A stretch of 64,000 nucleotides of DNA from Smithellaceae bacterium (GCA_028693285.1 JAQUVQ010000004.1:1278-65277); one strand, 5' to 3'. Counted from the stretch's first letter, positions 10,154 through 18,811 are shown. Notes: a model not told the origin generated them from the sequence alone. Numbers and translations: made by a program.

Positions 10154-11281
10154 TCACTTCATCCGGCTTCGTTTGGAACAACCGCGGCATGAAGGATGCG
10201 GGGCGTCGTCGAATTCCGCCCGAAACTTCATGGCAGCGCGGCCGCTCCAGATTTCCGGCAGCGACTGCGGGCCAAGGCAACCGAAGATCAGAGAACGGTA
10301 TCCTTGATGAGCCCCGGATAGGTGATATGATTCCGTAACCGGTATGTTGGTAAATGCACAGGGGGAAACGCCGCCGGACGCCGAGATGAAAACCGCCCGG
10401 TGCGGATTTTCCGTGCAGTCCCCACTTTCCGCCTCCGGATCCACCAGATTGTAAAAAAGAGAAATGCCCTCCTTTTCCGCATCCCGGGCAAGTCTGTCGT
10501 AAAGTGACATCAATTCCCGGTACTGGCCTTTGTCCTCCGGTGCCAAACATTCCTTTTGCAGATTTTCGTTACAGGCGAAATCCAGGGTGCTGATCACGAT
10601 CTGCCGGATGCCGGTTCCGGCCAGCGCCGGTATCAGTTTATCGATGTCCGGCAAATGTGAACGCAGGAGCAGATACGCAACGCTGATGACCGGCGTGTGT
10701 TGTCGCCGTACCTTTTTTTCCGCGGCGAGTCCGGCAACCGCCTCGAGAACATTGGAAAAATGAGTGCCCCGGCGCGCCTCATCGTTTTGATCTCCCACAC
10801 CCGCGAGTGAGAAAGCAACCTGATCAATGCGGCTTTCGACAAGACGGACGGCCGCCCGTCGATCGAGTAGCTTTCCGTTGGTTGTGGTACCCACCATACA
10901 ACCGGCTTTTTTGGCCAGAGCAATCATGTCGAAAAAATGCGGATAAAGTAGAGGCTCACCCCAGCCCTGTAGGTGAACCATCCGCGTCCGTCTCAGAGCG
11001 GGAAGGAGCGACCGGAATATTGCCGGAGAAAGATCGCGGTCATTCCAAGAGGCGCAGTAAACCGTCCTGGGACAATAGCGGCAGGAGGCGTTACAGCGAG
11101 TGGTGATCTCGATCTGCATCCAGTCCAGTCGGGGCATTGCCTGATGCTCCCACCAGTCCCTGATACACCCGATCAACGACGATGTACCGAATTCCTCCAA
11201 GATACCTCCTGCTGAAACACCGCCCCTAGCGTCTGATTCCGGATTAATTTTATAGTCCATTTCTACTTGGAATTTTCTCAT
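10154..11281 (-). CDS. radical SAM protein with Cys-containing C-terminal (SPASM/twitch-like) extension
   Basis: CxxxCxxC motif in EITTRCNASCRYCPRT. GWGEPLL glycine-rich SAM motif. C-terminal cysteines (CTENP...SPC...CRGC). The first ~48 aa have no recognisable motif, so the start could instead be MPRLDWMQ. Confidence 0.85.
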   Translation of the reverse strand: MRKFQVEMDYKINPESDARGGVSAGGILEEFGTSSLIGCIRDWWEHQAMPRLDWMQIEITTRCNASCRYCPRTVYCASWNDRDLSPAIFRSLLPALRRTRMVHLQGWGEPLLYPHFFDMIALAKKAGCMVGTTTNGKLLDRRAAVRLVESRIDQVAFSLAGVGDQNDEARRGTHFSNVLEAVAGLAAEKKVRRQHTPVISVAYLLLRSHLPDIDKLIPALAGTGIRQIVISTLDFACNENLQKECLAPEDKGQYRELMSLYDRLARDAEKEGISLFYNLVDPEAESGDCTENPHRAVFISASGGVSPCAFTNIPVTESYHLSGAHQGYRSLIFGCLGPQSLPEIWSGRAAMKFRAEFDDAPHPSCRGCSKRSRMK

Positions 11282-11379
11282 ATTTACAAAAGCGAGTCAA
11301 ATCATCCCCTTTCACTCGAACCAGCGATGCAGCGTAAGACGATGTGGCATGGCTCCCCAAATTTGATTGCCCCAAATAT

Positions 11380-11398
11380 TAGTTGACATATTCAACTA
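11380..11398. promoter_or_regulatory. palindromic operator candidate (copy 1)
   Basis: TAGTTGA-catat-TCAACTA, perfect 7-bp inverted repeat in the rSAM/marR divergent intergenic region, 55 nt upstream of the marR ATG. Confidence 0.5.
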
Positions 11399-11452
11399 TT
11401 CATGCCACTTCAGGATTGAAATTGTTTCATCGTCACCAAAGGAGAACGCTCC

Positions 11453-11950
11453 ATGGAAGACCTCACCGGACAACTTGCTGAACTTCTAGAAGATATCACC
11501 TATGATTTCAGCGCACACAATCTGAGCACCAACTGTTGCGAAAACATCTCCCACGGTGAGTTTCGCGCTCTACGTGCCGTTTCCCGCCGTGACGGATGCA
11601 CCATGCAAGACATCGCCAGAAACATTGCCGTGACCAAAAGCGGCGCAACGCGTATTGTCAGTCGATTAGAGGAAAAAAAACTTGTCCTCCGCGTGCAGGA
11701 GCGCAGCGACGCCAGGATCTGCTGCGTCCGGTTATCGAAGGATGGGAAAGCCATGTTGTCCAGAATAACGGAGGCGCCAGCGAAGAAAATATCGTCTGTC
11801 CTGGACGCGATGTCCCCGGACATGCGGCAGATCCTTCTCATCGGTTTGCGCGCCTTCATCGAGACCGCCCGCGCCCACGGCACGATCGACGGTCAACTGG
11901 AAGAAGCGGAATCGCCGGTTTCAAAAACCGGAAACAAAATAATTGGTTGA
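11453..11950 (+). CDS. MarR family transcriptional regulator
   Basis: Winged-helix core MQDIARNIAVTKSGATRIVSRLEEKKLVLR. AAAGGAG SD. Confidence 0.85.
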   Translation: MEDLTGQLAELLEDITYDFSAHNLSTNCCENISHGEFRALRAVSRRDGCTMQDIARNIAVTKSGATRIVSRLEEKKLVLRVQERSDARICCVRLSKDGKAMLSRITEAPAKKISSVLDAMSPDMRQILLIGLRAFIETARAHGTIDGQLEEAESPVSKTGNKIIG

Positions 11951-11962
11951 TGTATTCAACTA
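11944..11962. promoter_or_regulatory. palindromic operator candidate (copy 2)
   Basis: TGGTTGA-tgtat-TCAACTA, near-identical to copy 1. It overlaps the marR stop codon, 32 nt upstream of the permease ATG. Confidence 0.45.
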
Positions 11963-11993
11963 TCATAAATCATGGATACTGGAGGTTGTATCA

Positions 11994-13043
11994 ATGTTTG
12001 GTTTAAATAATTTTATTACGGCCGGAAAATTCTTTCTGGTGATCGCAGGAGAACTCATTCTCATATTTGTCGCCGTTTCTTTCATCATCGGCTTGCTGAT
12101 GGAATATCTGCCGCCGTCCCGCGTCCGGGATTTTCTGTCCAACAAGTTTACATGGGTGCAATATTTTCTGGGTGCCGGTCTGGGCGCACTCACCCCATTC
12201 TGCTCCTGTTCCACCGTTCCCATTACGGCCGGCCTGCTCAAAGGCGGCGTGCCTTTCGGCCCGACGATGGCGTTTCTTTTTTCCTCGCCGGTGCTCAACC
12301 CGATCATCATCGCGCTATTACTTTCACTGTTGGGCATCAAAGTTACGGTTTTTTATGTTGTCTTTACCTTTATCGGCTGCATGGTTATGGCAGCGCTGCT
12401 ATCCAAGTTGAGAATGGAAAGTCAGATCAAGCCTCTTTTGAATATTGAAACCTCCTGTTGCGCAGCTTCTCCTGATTCACACAATGCCTCAAAATCCAAG
12501 CCTGCGGCGGCAGCTTGCTGCTCTTCAGACAGCGCCCAACCCCTGACGTTAATCACCCTGCCGACCGTTGAGACATCATCATGCTGTTCAGTCAACCTTG
12601 AACCGATCGCCGCCCCGCCTGTGCCGTTCAGGCAAAAGCTCAAAAATGCATCGATCGCCGCCGTTGATACCTTTAAGGGTGTGTTCTGGTATCTCCTTTT
12701 AGGCGCCGCCATCGGCGCTTTCATTTATGGTTTTTTCCCACAGGATATCGTTGTCAAACTGGCGGGACCGGGAAACCCATGGTCCATTCCCATCGCGGCC
12801 TTGATCGGCGTTCCCATGTACATTCGGGCGGAAACCATTATACCCATAGCAGCCGCCCTTGTGGGAAAAGGAATGGGACTTGGCACCGTCCTTGCGCTGA
12901 TTATTGGCGGAGCGGGCGCAAGCATTCCCGAATTGATCATTCTCAGTTCCATGTTTAAAAGGAAGCTGATCATTGCTTTCGCTTTAAACGTTCTTGTCAT
13001 TGCCGTCTTAGCTGGTTATCTTGTGGATATATTCCTGTCCTGA
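11994..13043 (+). CDS. ArsP/UPF0718-type permease with vicinal-cysteine motif
   Basis: Polytopic membrane protein. LTPFCSCSTVPI matches the TPFCSCS motif of the ArsP-type predicted permease family. A Cys/Ser-rich loop (CCAASPDSH..AACCSSDS..SSCCS) sits mid-protein. Start taken at MFGLNN. Confidence 0.8.
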   Translation: MFGLNNFITAGKFFLVIAGELILIFVAVSFIIGLLMEYLPPSRVRDFLSNKFTWVQYFLGAGLGALTPFCSCSTVPITAGLLKGGVPFGPTMAFLFSSPVLNPIIIALLLSLLGIKVTVFYVVFTFIGCMVMAALLSKLRMESQIKPLLNIETSCCAASPDSHNASKSKPAAAACCSSDSAQPLTLITLPTVETSSCCSVNLEPIAAPPVPFRQKLKNASIAAVDTFKGVFWYLLLGAAIGAFIYGFFPQDIVVKLAGPGNPWSIPIAALIGVPMYIRAETIIPIAAALVGKGMGLGTVLALIIGGAGASIPELIILSSMFKRKLIIAFALNVLVIAVLAGYLVDIFLS

Positions 13044-13065
13044 ATGCAAATAGATTGCATTTTTA
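13043..13065 (+). terminator. rho-independent terminator candidate
   Basis: AATGCAA-ataga-TTGCATT followed by TTTTAT, directly after the permease stop. Confidence 0.5.
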
Positions 13066-13141
13066 TCGTACCATCAAAAAGCCTTGCGCGTTGCCGAAAC
13101 TTACCGTGAACCAAGTATCTCGCAAAGACGCACAAAAGTTA

Positions 13142-14044
13142 CTAATTGCAGTGGTTGCAATGCTCCATCTCGCGGGAGGAAGACGGCAAAAGCTGGATAG
13201 TGGTGTGGTTGATGCCGTGAGTTTCGTGAAGGATTTTCTGCACGGCGCGAATGATTTGTTCATGATCGGGCGATTCGTTATCGGATAACAGATGCACGGA
13301 AAGCAGTTTCCGGCCCGTTCCGGTTTGCCAGATATGCAGATCGTTGACTTCGGCCACACCGGCAACGGAAAGCAAATCGCTCTTGACGGCATTGAAATCG
13401 ACGTCCGCCGGCACGGCATCCAGAAGCGCATTGACGGTATGCCGGATAATCTTGTAGATTTCGCGGGCAATGAAGATGCAGATGACCATGGATATAAGAG
13501 GATCGACAAAATATAAGTCAAAAAACGTAATCAGCAGAGCGCCGACAATCACGCCAAGAGAAAACAGCGCATCCTGAAGCGAATGAAGCCAGGCGCTTTT
13601 GATGTTGAAGTTCCGGGCCGATATTTTCTGCAGAAGCAGCGTGGCCGCGCTGTTTCCGACAAAAGCCACCACGGCAACCCAAAGCATCGTTGTGCCGGAT
13701 ACCTGCGCGGGTGAAAAGAGTCTTTGAACGGACTCCCAGAAAACAAAAGCAATCACCACCGACAGAACGATGCTGTTGACGAACGCAGCGATAAATTCCA
13801 TCTTGCGCCAGCCATAGGTTTTGTGTTGTGTCGCCGGACGCCGGGACATTTTTTCCGCCCAATAGGTAAAGCTCATGGCGGCAATGTCGCTCAGATTGTG
13901 AACGGCGTCCGAGATCAGCGCCATGCTTGAAATCAGCAGGCCGAAGATCATTTCAAAAACGACGATGCCGCCGTTGATGAGGATGGCCAGAATTAGATTG
14001 GCAAGCGATGCCGGTTTATTCTCCTGGTGATGATGAGGTTTCAT
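13142..14044 (-). CDS. cation diffusion facilitator (CDF) family metal efflux transporter
   Basis: His-rich N-terminus MKPHHHQ, SDAVHNLSD TM2 metal-site motif, C-terminal cytoplasmic domain, and a His/Cys tail EMEHCNHCN. Confidence 0.9.
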   Translation of the reverse strand: MKPHHHQENKPASLANLILAILINGGIVVFEMIFGLLISSMALISDAVHNLSDIAAMSFTYWAEKMSRRPATQHKTYGWRKMEFIAAFVNSIVLSVVIAFVFWESVQRLFSPAQVSGTTMLWVAVVAFVGNSAATLLLQKISARNFNIKSAWLHSLQDALFSLGVIVGALLITFFDLYFVDPLISMVICIFIAREIYKIIRHTVNALLDAVPADVDFNAVKSDLLSVAGVAEVNDLHIWQTGTGRKLLSVHLLSDNESPDHEQIIRAVQKILHETHGINHTTIQLLPSSSREMEHCNHCN

Positions 14045-14078
14045 AGGATTCTTCTTTCCTAAAAATGGTGATCTTCCG

Positions 14079-15269
14079 TCAACCCATAAGATAGCCGTAA
14101 GCCATCCCGGCCAGCGTGGACTGGATCACGACAATGGCACAGTAAACGACGGTTTTCTTAACGCCCATGATGCTGCCTATGGTGATCATGCTGGGAAGCG
14201 ACAAAGCCGGGCCGGCCAGCAAAAGCGCCAGCGCCGGTCCCTGCCCCATGCCGGAGCCGATAAGTCCCTGCAAAATCGGCACTTCGGTGAGTGTGGCAAA
14301 GTACATGAACGCCCCGACTACGGAGGCAAAGAAATTAGCCCCCAGTGAATTGCCGCCGACCAGCATCTGAATATACGATTCGGGAATCAGTGCCGGATAA
14401 CCGGGACGGCCCAGCAAAAAACCCGCCACCAAAACGCCGCCGAACAAAAGCGGAAGAATCTGCTTGGCAAAATCCCAGGTAGCCTGCACCCAGCCCTTGA
14501 GTTCATCTTTCACAAACCACTTTTTGAGCATGATACCCAAAACGACCAGCAGCCCCATCACCAAAAACCACTTGACGCTGAAAATCATGCGCCAGGCGCT
14601 TCCGTCATCCTCCGATGGCTTGGCAAACGAAGCAAAAACCAGAATCAGCACCATGACCAGCATATAAACGGCATCCTGCCACAGCGCCCTGCCCTTGCCT
14701 TCGTCTTCCGGCAGAAAGATCTCGCCCGTCTCCCGGTTGGCGTCGTCTTTGCGGAAAATAAACGCCATCAGAAGCCCCGTCACAATGGAAAAAATCACCG
14801 CGCCGATCGCGCGTGCAAGCCCCAATTGCCAGCCCAGCACCTTCGCCGTGAGAATGATCGCCAGAACATTGATCGCGGGTCCGGAATATAAAAACGCAGT
14901 CGCGGGGCCGATCCCCGCACCGCGCGTGTAAATGCCGGCAAAAAGCGGCAGGACCGTGCAGGAACAAACCGCCAGCACGGAGCCGGAAACGGAGGCTACG
15001 GAATAAGACAGGATTTTATTGGCTTTCGCGCCGAAATATTTGAGCACGGCCGCCTGCGACACGAACACGCTGATTGCTCCGGCAATGAAAAAAGCGGGGA
15101 TCAGGCAGGTAAGCACATGCTGGCGCGCATAGTCCTGAAGCATCATAAAGGCTTCCAGCCCCGCCTGACGAATCAGTACCGATTCCCACGGGATGTAAAA
15201 AGCGGCAAGAAAGATGCCGATAATCCATAATAATTTTTGCCATTCTTTCACAAGACAGATCCTCCTCAT
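14079..15269 (-). CDS. ArsP/UPF0718-type permease (second copy)
   Basis: Polytopic. LAVCSCTVLPLFAGIYTRGAGIGPATAFLYSGPAINV parallels the first permease's CSC motif. An alternative GTG start at 15251 has a better-spaced AGGAGG. Confidence 0.8.
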   Translation of the reverse strand: MRRICLVKEWQKLLWIIGIFLAAFYIPWESVLIRQAGLEAFMMLQDYARQHVLTCLIPAFFIAGAISVFVSQAAVLKYFGAKANKILSYSVASVSGSVLAVCSCTVLPLFAGIYTRGAGIGPATAFLYSGPAINVLAIILTAKVLGWQLGLARAIGAVIFSIVTGLLMAFIFRKDDANRETGEIFLPEDEGKGRALWQDAVYMLVMVLILVFASFAKPSEDDGSAWRMIFSVKWFLVMGLLVVLGIMLKKWFVKDELKGWVQATWDFAKQILPLLFGGVLVAGFLLGRPGYPALIPESYIQMLVGGNSLGANFFASVVGAFMYFATLTEVPILQGLIGSGMGQGPALALLLAGPALSLPSMITIGSIMGVKKTVVYCAIVVIQSTLAGMAYGYLMG

Positions 15270-15314
15270 TTCCTTAAACTGTGCCGTTGACCTTCTTTTT
15301 CAAGATATACGGCG

Positions 15315-15911
15315 CTACATTTGCTTCAGGGCTTCTTCCAGCCACTGCCGTATTTTTTTCTTTTCCGGCATCGTTCCCACTGAAGCCACTTTCTGATTAA
15401 TCACCAGCGCGGGCACACCCATCACCCCGTATTTGGCAATCTCACGTGGATCGGTAACATGAACCATTTCTCCCGGCGCGTTCATTTCAGACAGAACATT
15501 GCGCACATCGTTTTCCAGGCTACTGCAATTGGCGCAGCCCGGCCCCAGAATGATGACTCTGAGGACGCCGCCGGTTTCTTCCTCTTCCACCGGTTGCCCA
15601 AGAAACATTCGGAACTCGCGGACCAAAGCCCTGGCATAAAGGGGTTTGGCGCTTGCGGGAATGTAATTTTTACCCCCAAGCCTTTTGATCATTTCCGCGC
15701 CGATGGCTTCATCGGAGTTGCGGCTGAAGTCAGGCGCCATAGCCGCAATCACACTTTTCAAGCCGACGATGCCGACCAGATTGCCTTTGACACGTATTTG
15801 CGTCACTTCGTTTTCGGACATGTTTTCTATCTTTCTTCTTTTCCGCTCATCGTTGAATTCGGTTTCAAATAACCAATCTTTTTTTCCTTGCCCCCCACCG
15901 AAGGGCTTCAT
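15315..15911 (-). CDS. fusion protein: unknown N-terminal domain + Trx_3 (redox-active disulfide protein 2-like) thioredoxin fold
   Basis: The C-terminal ~80 aa, VIILGPGCANCSSLENDVRNVL...GVMGVPALVINQKVASVG, parallels the stand-alone protein at 20098..20331 (GTGCAKC...GVMTTPGLVVDG). I do not recognise the N-terminal ~110 aa. The start may be ATG 15821. Confidence 0.7.
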   Translation of the reverse strand: MKPFGGGQGKKDWLFETEFNDERKRRKIENMSENEVTQIRVKGNLVGIVGLKSVIAAMAPDFSRNSDEAIGAEMIKRLGGKNYIPASAKPLYARALVREFRMFLGQPVEEEETGGVLRVIILGPGCANCSSLENDVRNVLSEMNAPGEMVHVTDPREIAKYGVMGVPALVINQKVASVGTMPEKKKIRQWLEEALKQM

Positions 15912-15919
15912 TTTACCGC

Positions 15920-16168
15920 TCAGGTACCGCCGAAAAGCGGAATACCTCCCCGCAGGGATATCTCCCCGGCAAAACCGACCGCTATTTTATCGCCGTCCAC
16001 TATGACGGGCACCTGCATCTTGCCGCCTGAATAGGCCAGCATTTCTTCGAGTTTTTTCGGGTCTTCGCTGACATCGATATAGACAGCCTTGTCGCCATAG
16101 GCTTCACGAGCCTGAATGCAAAAGGGTCACATGTCTGTCCCGTAAATGATAATTTTTTCTTTTGTCAC
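15920..16168 (-). CDS. glutaredoxin-like selenoprotein candidate (in-frame TGA = Sec at codon 14)
   Basis: Not in the ORF track. GTG 16168 has AGGAGAGG upstream. The frame is open for 82 codons except for TGA at 16127..16129: MTKEKIIIYGTDM-U-PFCIQAREAYGDKAVYIDVSEDPKKLEEMLAYSGGKMQVPVIVDGDKIAVGFAGEISLRGGIPLFGGT. The TGA replaces the first Cys of the Grx CPxC motif. The Grx/NrdH-like core (IIIYG, VPVIVDG..GF) continues downstream of the TGA. Confidence 0.75.
16094..16119 (-). promoter_or_regulatory. candidate bacterial SECIS hairpin
   Basis: RNA is 5'-GCAU-UC-AGGCU-CGUGA-AGCCU-AUGGC-3'. The 5-bp apical stem starts 13 nt after the UGA. The 5-nt loop contains GU, and a lower CAU/AUG helix follows a 2-nt bulge. 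Confidence 0.55.
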
Positions 16169-16196
16169 ATTGCCTCTCCTAATCGACATGGGTCTT

Positions 16197-16649
16197 TTAT
16201 CTTTTCATTTCAAACATAAAATCTTTTGCCTTGTCGCCGCGCAGATATTCGGCAAGCCCAAGAAGGCCGTCGGTCAGATATTTTGATTGATACCCTTGAA
16301 GTTTCAGGTACGTGCGGGCAAGTTCGGCACGGTCGTAGTGAGGACAGGCCGTGACAACGATCTTCGCCTTATCCAGTTCGTCGAGTCTGCCCGGTAATTC
16401 GTTTAGCGGAATGTTTTTGATAAAACCGAAACTGTAAGCCTTGTATTCTTCCGGGAAACGAACATCAATGATCTGTACTTTGCCCTGATTGTATAGTTTC
16501 AGCATTTCAACGATGCCGGTTTTCATCTCCCTGCGTTCCCGATAGTCGAAACGTTTGAGGTAATTTTCAAAGGTTACGCCATCGGCGGCTGATAAGGAAA
16601 ACGGCATAACAAGTGAAAGGACGATCAGCAAAATGCCTTTTGTTCTCAT
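16197..16649 (-). CDS. exported rhodanese-domain sulfurtransferase
   Basis: Signal peptide MRTKGILLIVLSLVMPFSLSA. Single rhodanese domain with active-site loop CPHYDR (six-residue loop type). Confidence 0.8.
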   Translation of the reverse strand: MRTKGILLIVLSLVMPFSLSAADGVTFENYLKRFDYRERREMKTGIVEMLKLYNQGKVQIIDVRFPEEYKAYSFGFIKNIPLNELPGRLDELDKAKIVVTACPHYDRAELARTYLKLQGYQSKYLTDGLLGLAEYLRGDKAKDFMFEMKR

Positions 16650-16687
16650 GACGAATTCCTCTGAACAAAATAACCTGGTTTACGTTA

Positions 16688-17311
16688 TTATTTCACAGTC
16701 CAAAGATGCGCTTTGAATTTTGTCAGTCCATCCCAAATTTCATCGTCACCAACATATTTCTTTATATCTTTGGCAGAATATTTAATAACGCAAGTGGGTG
16801 TCGCATCAACCTTGTGCTCTTTGATGACGGCGCTTAAATGCGGAAAGACGGACTTTTCATTCATGGCTTTCCACGCAGTATTCTTTTCTTTAAGAAAAGC
16901 GACCAGCGCGTTTTCATCCTGAACGCGGCGGCCCTGAGCCGCCTCAAAAAGAACATTTCGGACATGAAGTGCGTTGTTTATGCCGGCATCCGCTTTCACC
17001 GCATACAGGTAATATTTCGCGTAAGTCGGCGTGGCGCGGTTAAATGGAACATCGACAAACGTCAACTTAACTTTTTCCGACGCCACCAGCTCTTTGAACA
17101 AGCCTTCGGCTTTGGCATCAATCCGTTTGCAGGGAGGACAGAAATAATCGGCAAATATAATCACTTCATAAGGCCCCTGTCCCCAGGACGGAATACCCTG
17201 TCCAACAGTCTGCCCGTAAGCAGGGGTCACGGAACCGGAAAACGTCAGCAAAATGGTCAAATGCCCCATCAAACTCACGAGCAGCAATGGGAATCTTTTA
17301 AGTTTCAACAT
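16688..17311 (-). CDS. exported DsbA-like thiol:disulfide oxidoreductase
   Basis: N-terminal signal/anchor, then the thioredoxin-fold motif FADYFCPPCK. ATG 17311 is preferred over the track GTG 17323. Confidence 0.75.
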   Translation of the reverse strand: MLKLKRFPLLLVSLMGHLTILLTFSGSVTPAYGQTVGQGIPSWGQGPYEVIIFADYFCPPCKRIDAKAEGLFKELVASEKVKLTFVDVPFNRATPTYAKYYLYAVKADAGINNALHVRNVLFEAAQGRRVQDENALVAFLKEKNTAWKAMNEKSVFPHLSAVIKEHKVDATPTCVIKYSAKDIKKYVGDDEIWDGLTKFKAHLWTVK

Positions 17312-17329
17312 TGAAGCATTCACCTCAAA

Positions 17330-18376
17330 CTACTTTTGAAAATACTTCTCCTGAAATCTCAGCGCCACCATGACCAGGCCGATCATCACCGGCACTTCCA
17401 CCAGCGGGCCGATCACTGCGGCGAACGCCGCGCCGGAGTTGATGCCGAAGACGGCGATGGCCACGGCGATGGCCAGTTCAAAATTATTGCTGGCCGCCGT
17501 GAAAGCCAGTGTCGTGGTTTTGGAATAATCGGCACCTAGCTTATTCCCCATGTAAAAAGACACAAGGAACATGACCACAAAATAGATTAAAAGCGGTATG
17601 GCGATGCGCACGACATCCAGCGGGAGTTGGATAATCAGATTTCCCTTGAGACTGAACATGACAACAATCGTGAACAACAACGCAATGAGGGTAAGCGGAC
17701 TGATGATAGGCACGAAGCGCGTGTGATACTTTTCTTTTCCCATAACCTTTACGCCGGCCAGACGCGTCAGCGCACCCGCGATGCAGGGAATGCCCAGATA
17801 GATGAAAACGCTTTCGGCGATTTGACGGATGCTGACATCGACGACACTGCCCGAAAATCCAAAGTAAGGCGGCAGGATCGTAATGAAAAACCAGGCAAAC
17901 ACACTGTAGAAAAGCACCTGAAAAATGCTGTTGAAGGCAACCAGGCCGGCGGCATACTCTGTATTGCCCTTGGCCAGTTCGTTCCAGACGATGACCATGG
18001 CGATACAGCGCGCGAGCCCAATCATTATGAGGCCCACCATGTAGTCGGGTTTATCCGGCAAGAACACAATCGCCAGAAAAAACATCAGGACAGGCCCGAT
18101 CAGCCAGTTTTGGACCAACGACAGGCCTAGGACCTTTCCATTGCGGAAAACTTGAGGCATTTCCTCGTATTTCACTTTGGCAAACGGCGGATACATCATC
18201 AGAATCAGGCCCACCGCAATGGGAATATTGGTGGTCCCGACTTGAAATGAATTGATAAAGGCCTCCGTGCCGGGAATAAAATAGCCCAGCCCCACACCAA
18301 GAATCATAGCCGCAAAAATCCATACGGTCAGATAACGATCCAGAAATGACAATTTTTGTCCGATATGCTCCGTCAT
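17330..18376 (-). CDS. acr3: ACR3 family arsenite efflux transporter
   Basis: [13 protein letters not shown]...[22 protein letters not shown] is the Acr3 signature. ATG 18376 (MTEHIG) has AGGAGG 5 nt upstream; the track TTG at 18394 is unlikely. Confidence 0.92.
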   Translation of the reverse strand: MTEHIGQKLSFLDRYLTVWIFAAMILGVGLGYFIPGTEAFINSFQVGTTNIPIAVGLILMMYPPFAKVKYEEMPQVFRNGKVLGLSLVQNWLIGPVLMFFLAIVFLPDKPDYMVGLIMIGLARCIAMVIVWNELAKGNTEYAAGLVAFNSIFQVLFYSVFAWFFITILPPYFGFSGSVVDVSIRQIAESVFIYLGIPCIAGALTRLAGVKVMGKEKYHTRFVPIISPLTLIALLFTIVVMFSLKGNLIIQLPLDVVRIAIPLLIYFVVMFLVSFYMGNKLGADYSKTTTLAFTAASNNFELAIAVAIAVFGINSGAAFAAVIGPLVEVPVMIGLVMVALRFQEKYFQK

Positions 18377-18386
18377 GGAAATCCTC

Positions 18387-18803
18387 CTATGCAATATTTA
18401 AAAAGTAATTCGTTATTTTATCTATGATCTCGTCGCGTACGCGCCGGAATTCCCACAGTATGTCTTCCGGGCTTCCGGTGGCTTTGGCCGGGTCGTCAAA
18501 ACCGATATGCGTTTTTTTCGTTCCGCCGATGTAAAGCGGACAGGTTTCGTTGGCGTCCCCGCACAGGGTAATTACAAAATGGAATGTCTGTCCGTCAAAC
18601 TCTGACAAATGCTTTGAGCGATGATGTGAGATATTCACGCCGATTTCCTTCATCGCCTTTATGGCCGTCGGATTCACAAACGACGCCTGCGTTCCCGCGG
18701 AAAAAGCTTCCAGTCGGTCGCCCAAAAAATGATTTACAATGCCTTCGGCCATTTGAGACCGGCTGGAATTGGCAGTGCATAGAAATAAAACACGTTTCTT
18801 CAC
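18387..18803 (-). CDS. arsC: arsenate reductase, LMW-PTP/thioredoxin-coupled type
   Basis: P-loop CTANSSRS (CX5R) and the downstream Cys pair LCGDANETC, with the spacing of the Trx-coupled ArsC class. GTG start 18803 has AGGAG upstream; the track start 18911 overlaps ccdA. Confidence 0.9.
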   Translation of the reverse strand: MKKRVLFLCTANSSRSQMAEGIVNHFLGDRLEAFSAGTQASFVNPTAIKAMKEIGVNISHHRSKHLSEFDGQTFHFVITLCGDANETCPLYIGGTKKTHIGFDDPAKATGSPEDILWEFRRVRDEIIDKITNYFLNIA

Positions 18804-18811
18804 AAAATCTC

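Noticed and set aside
11290-11345. tRNA-like T-loop string (GGTTCGAGTGA) and short peptide ORFs (for example MPHRLTLHRWFE) upstream of the radical SAM gene
   Set aside because: No complementary T-stem or acceptor stem could be drawn. The mini-ORFs lack properly spaced SDs and are too short to support as RiPP precursors.
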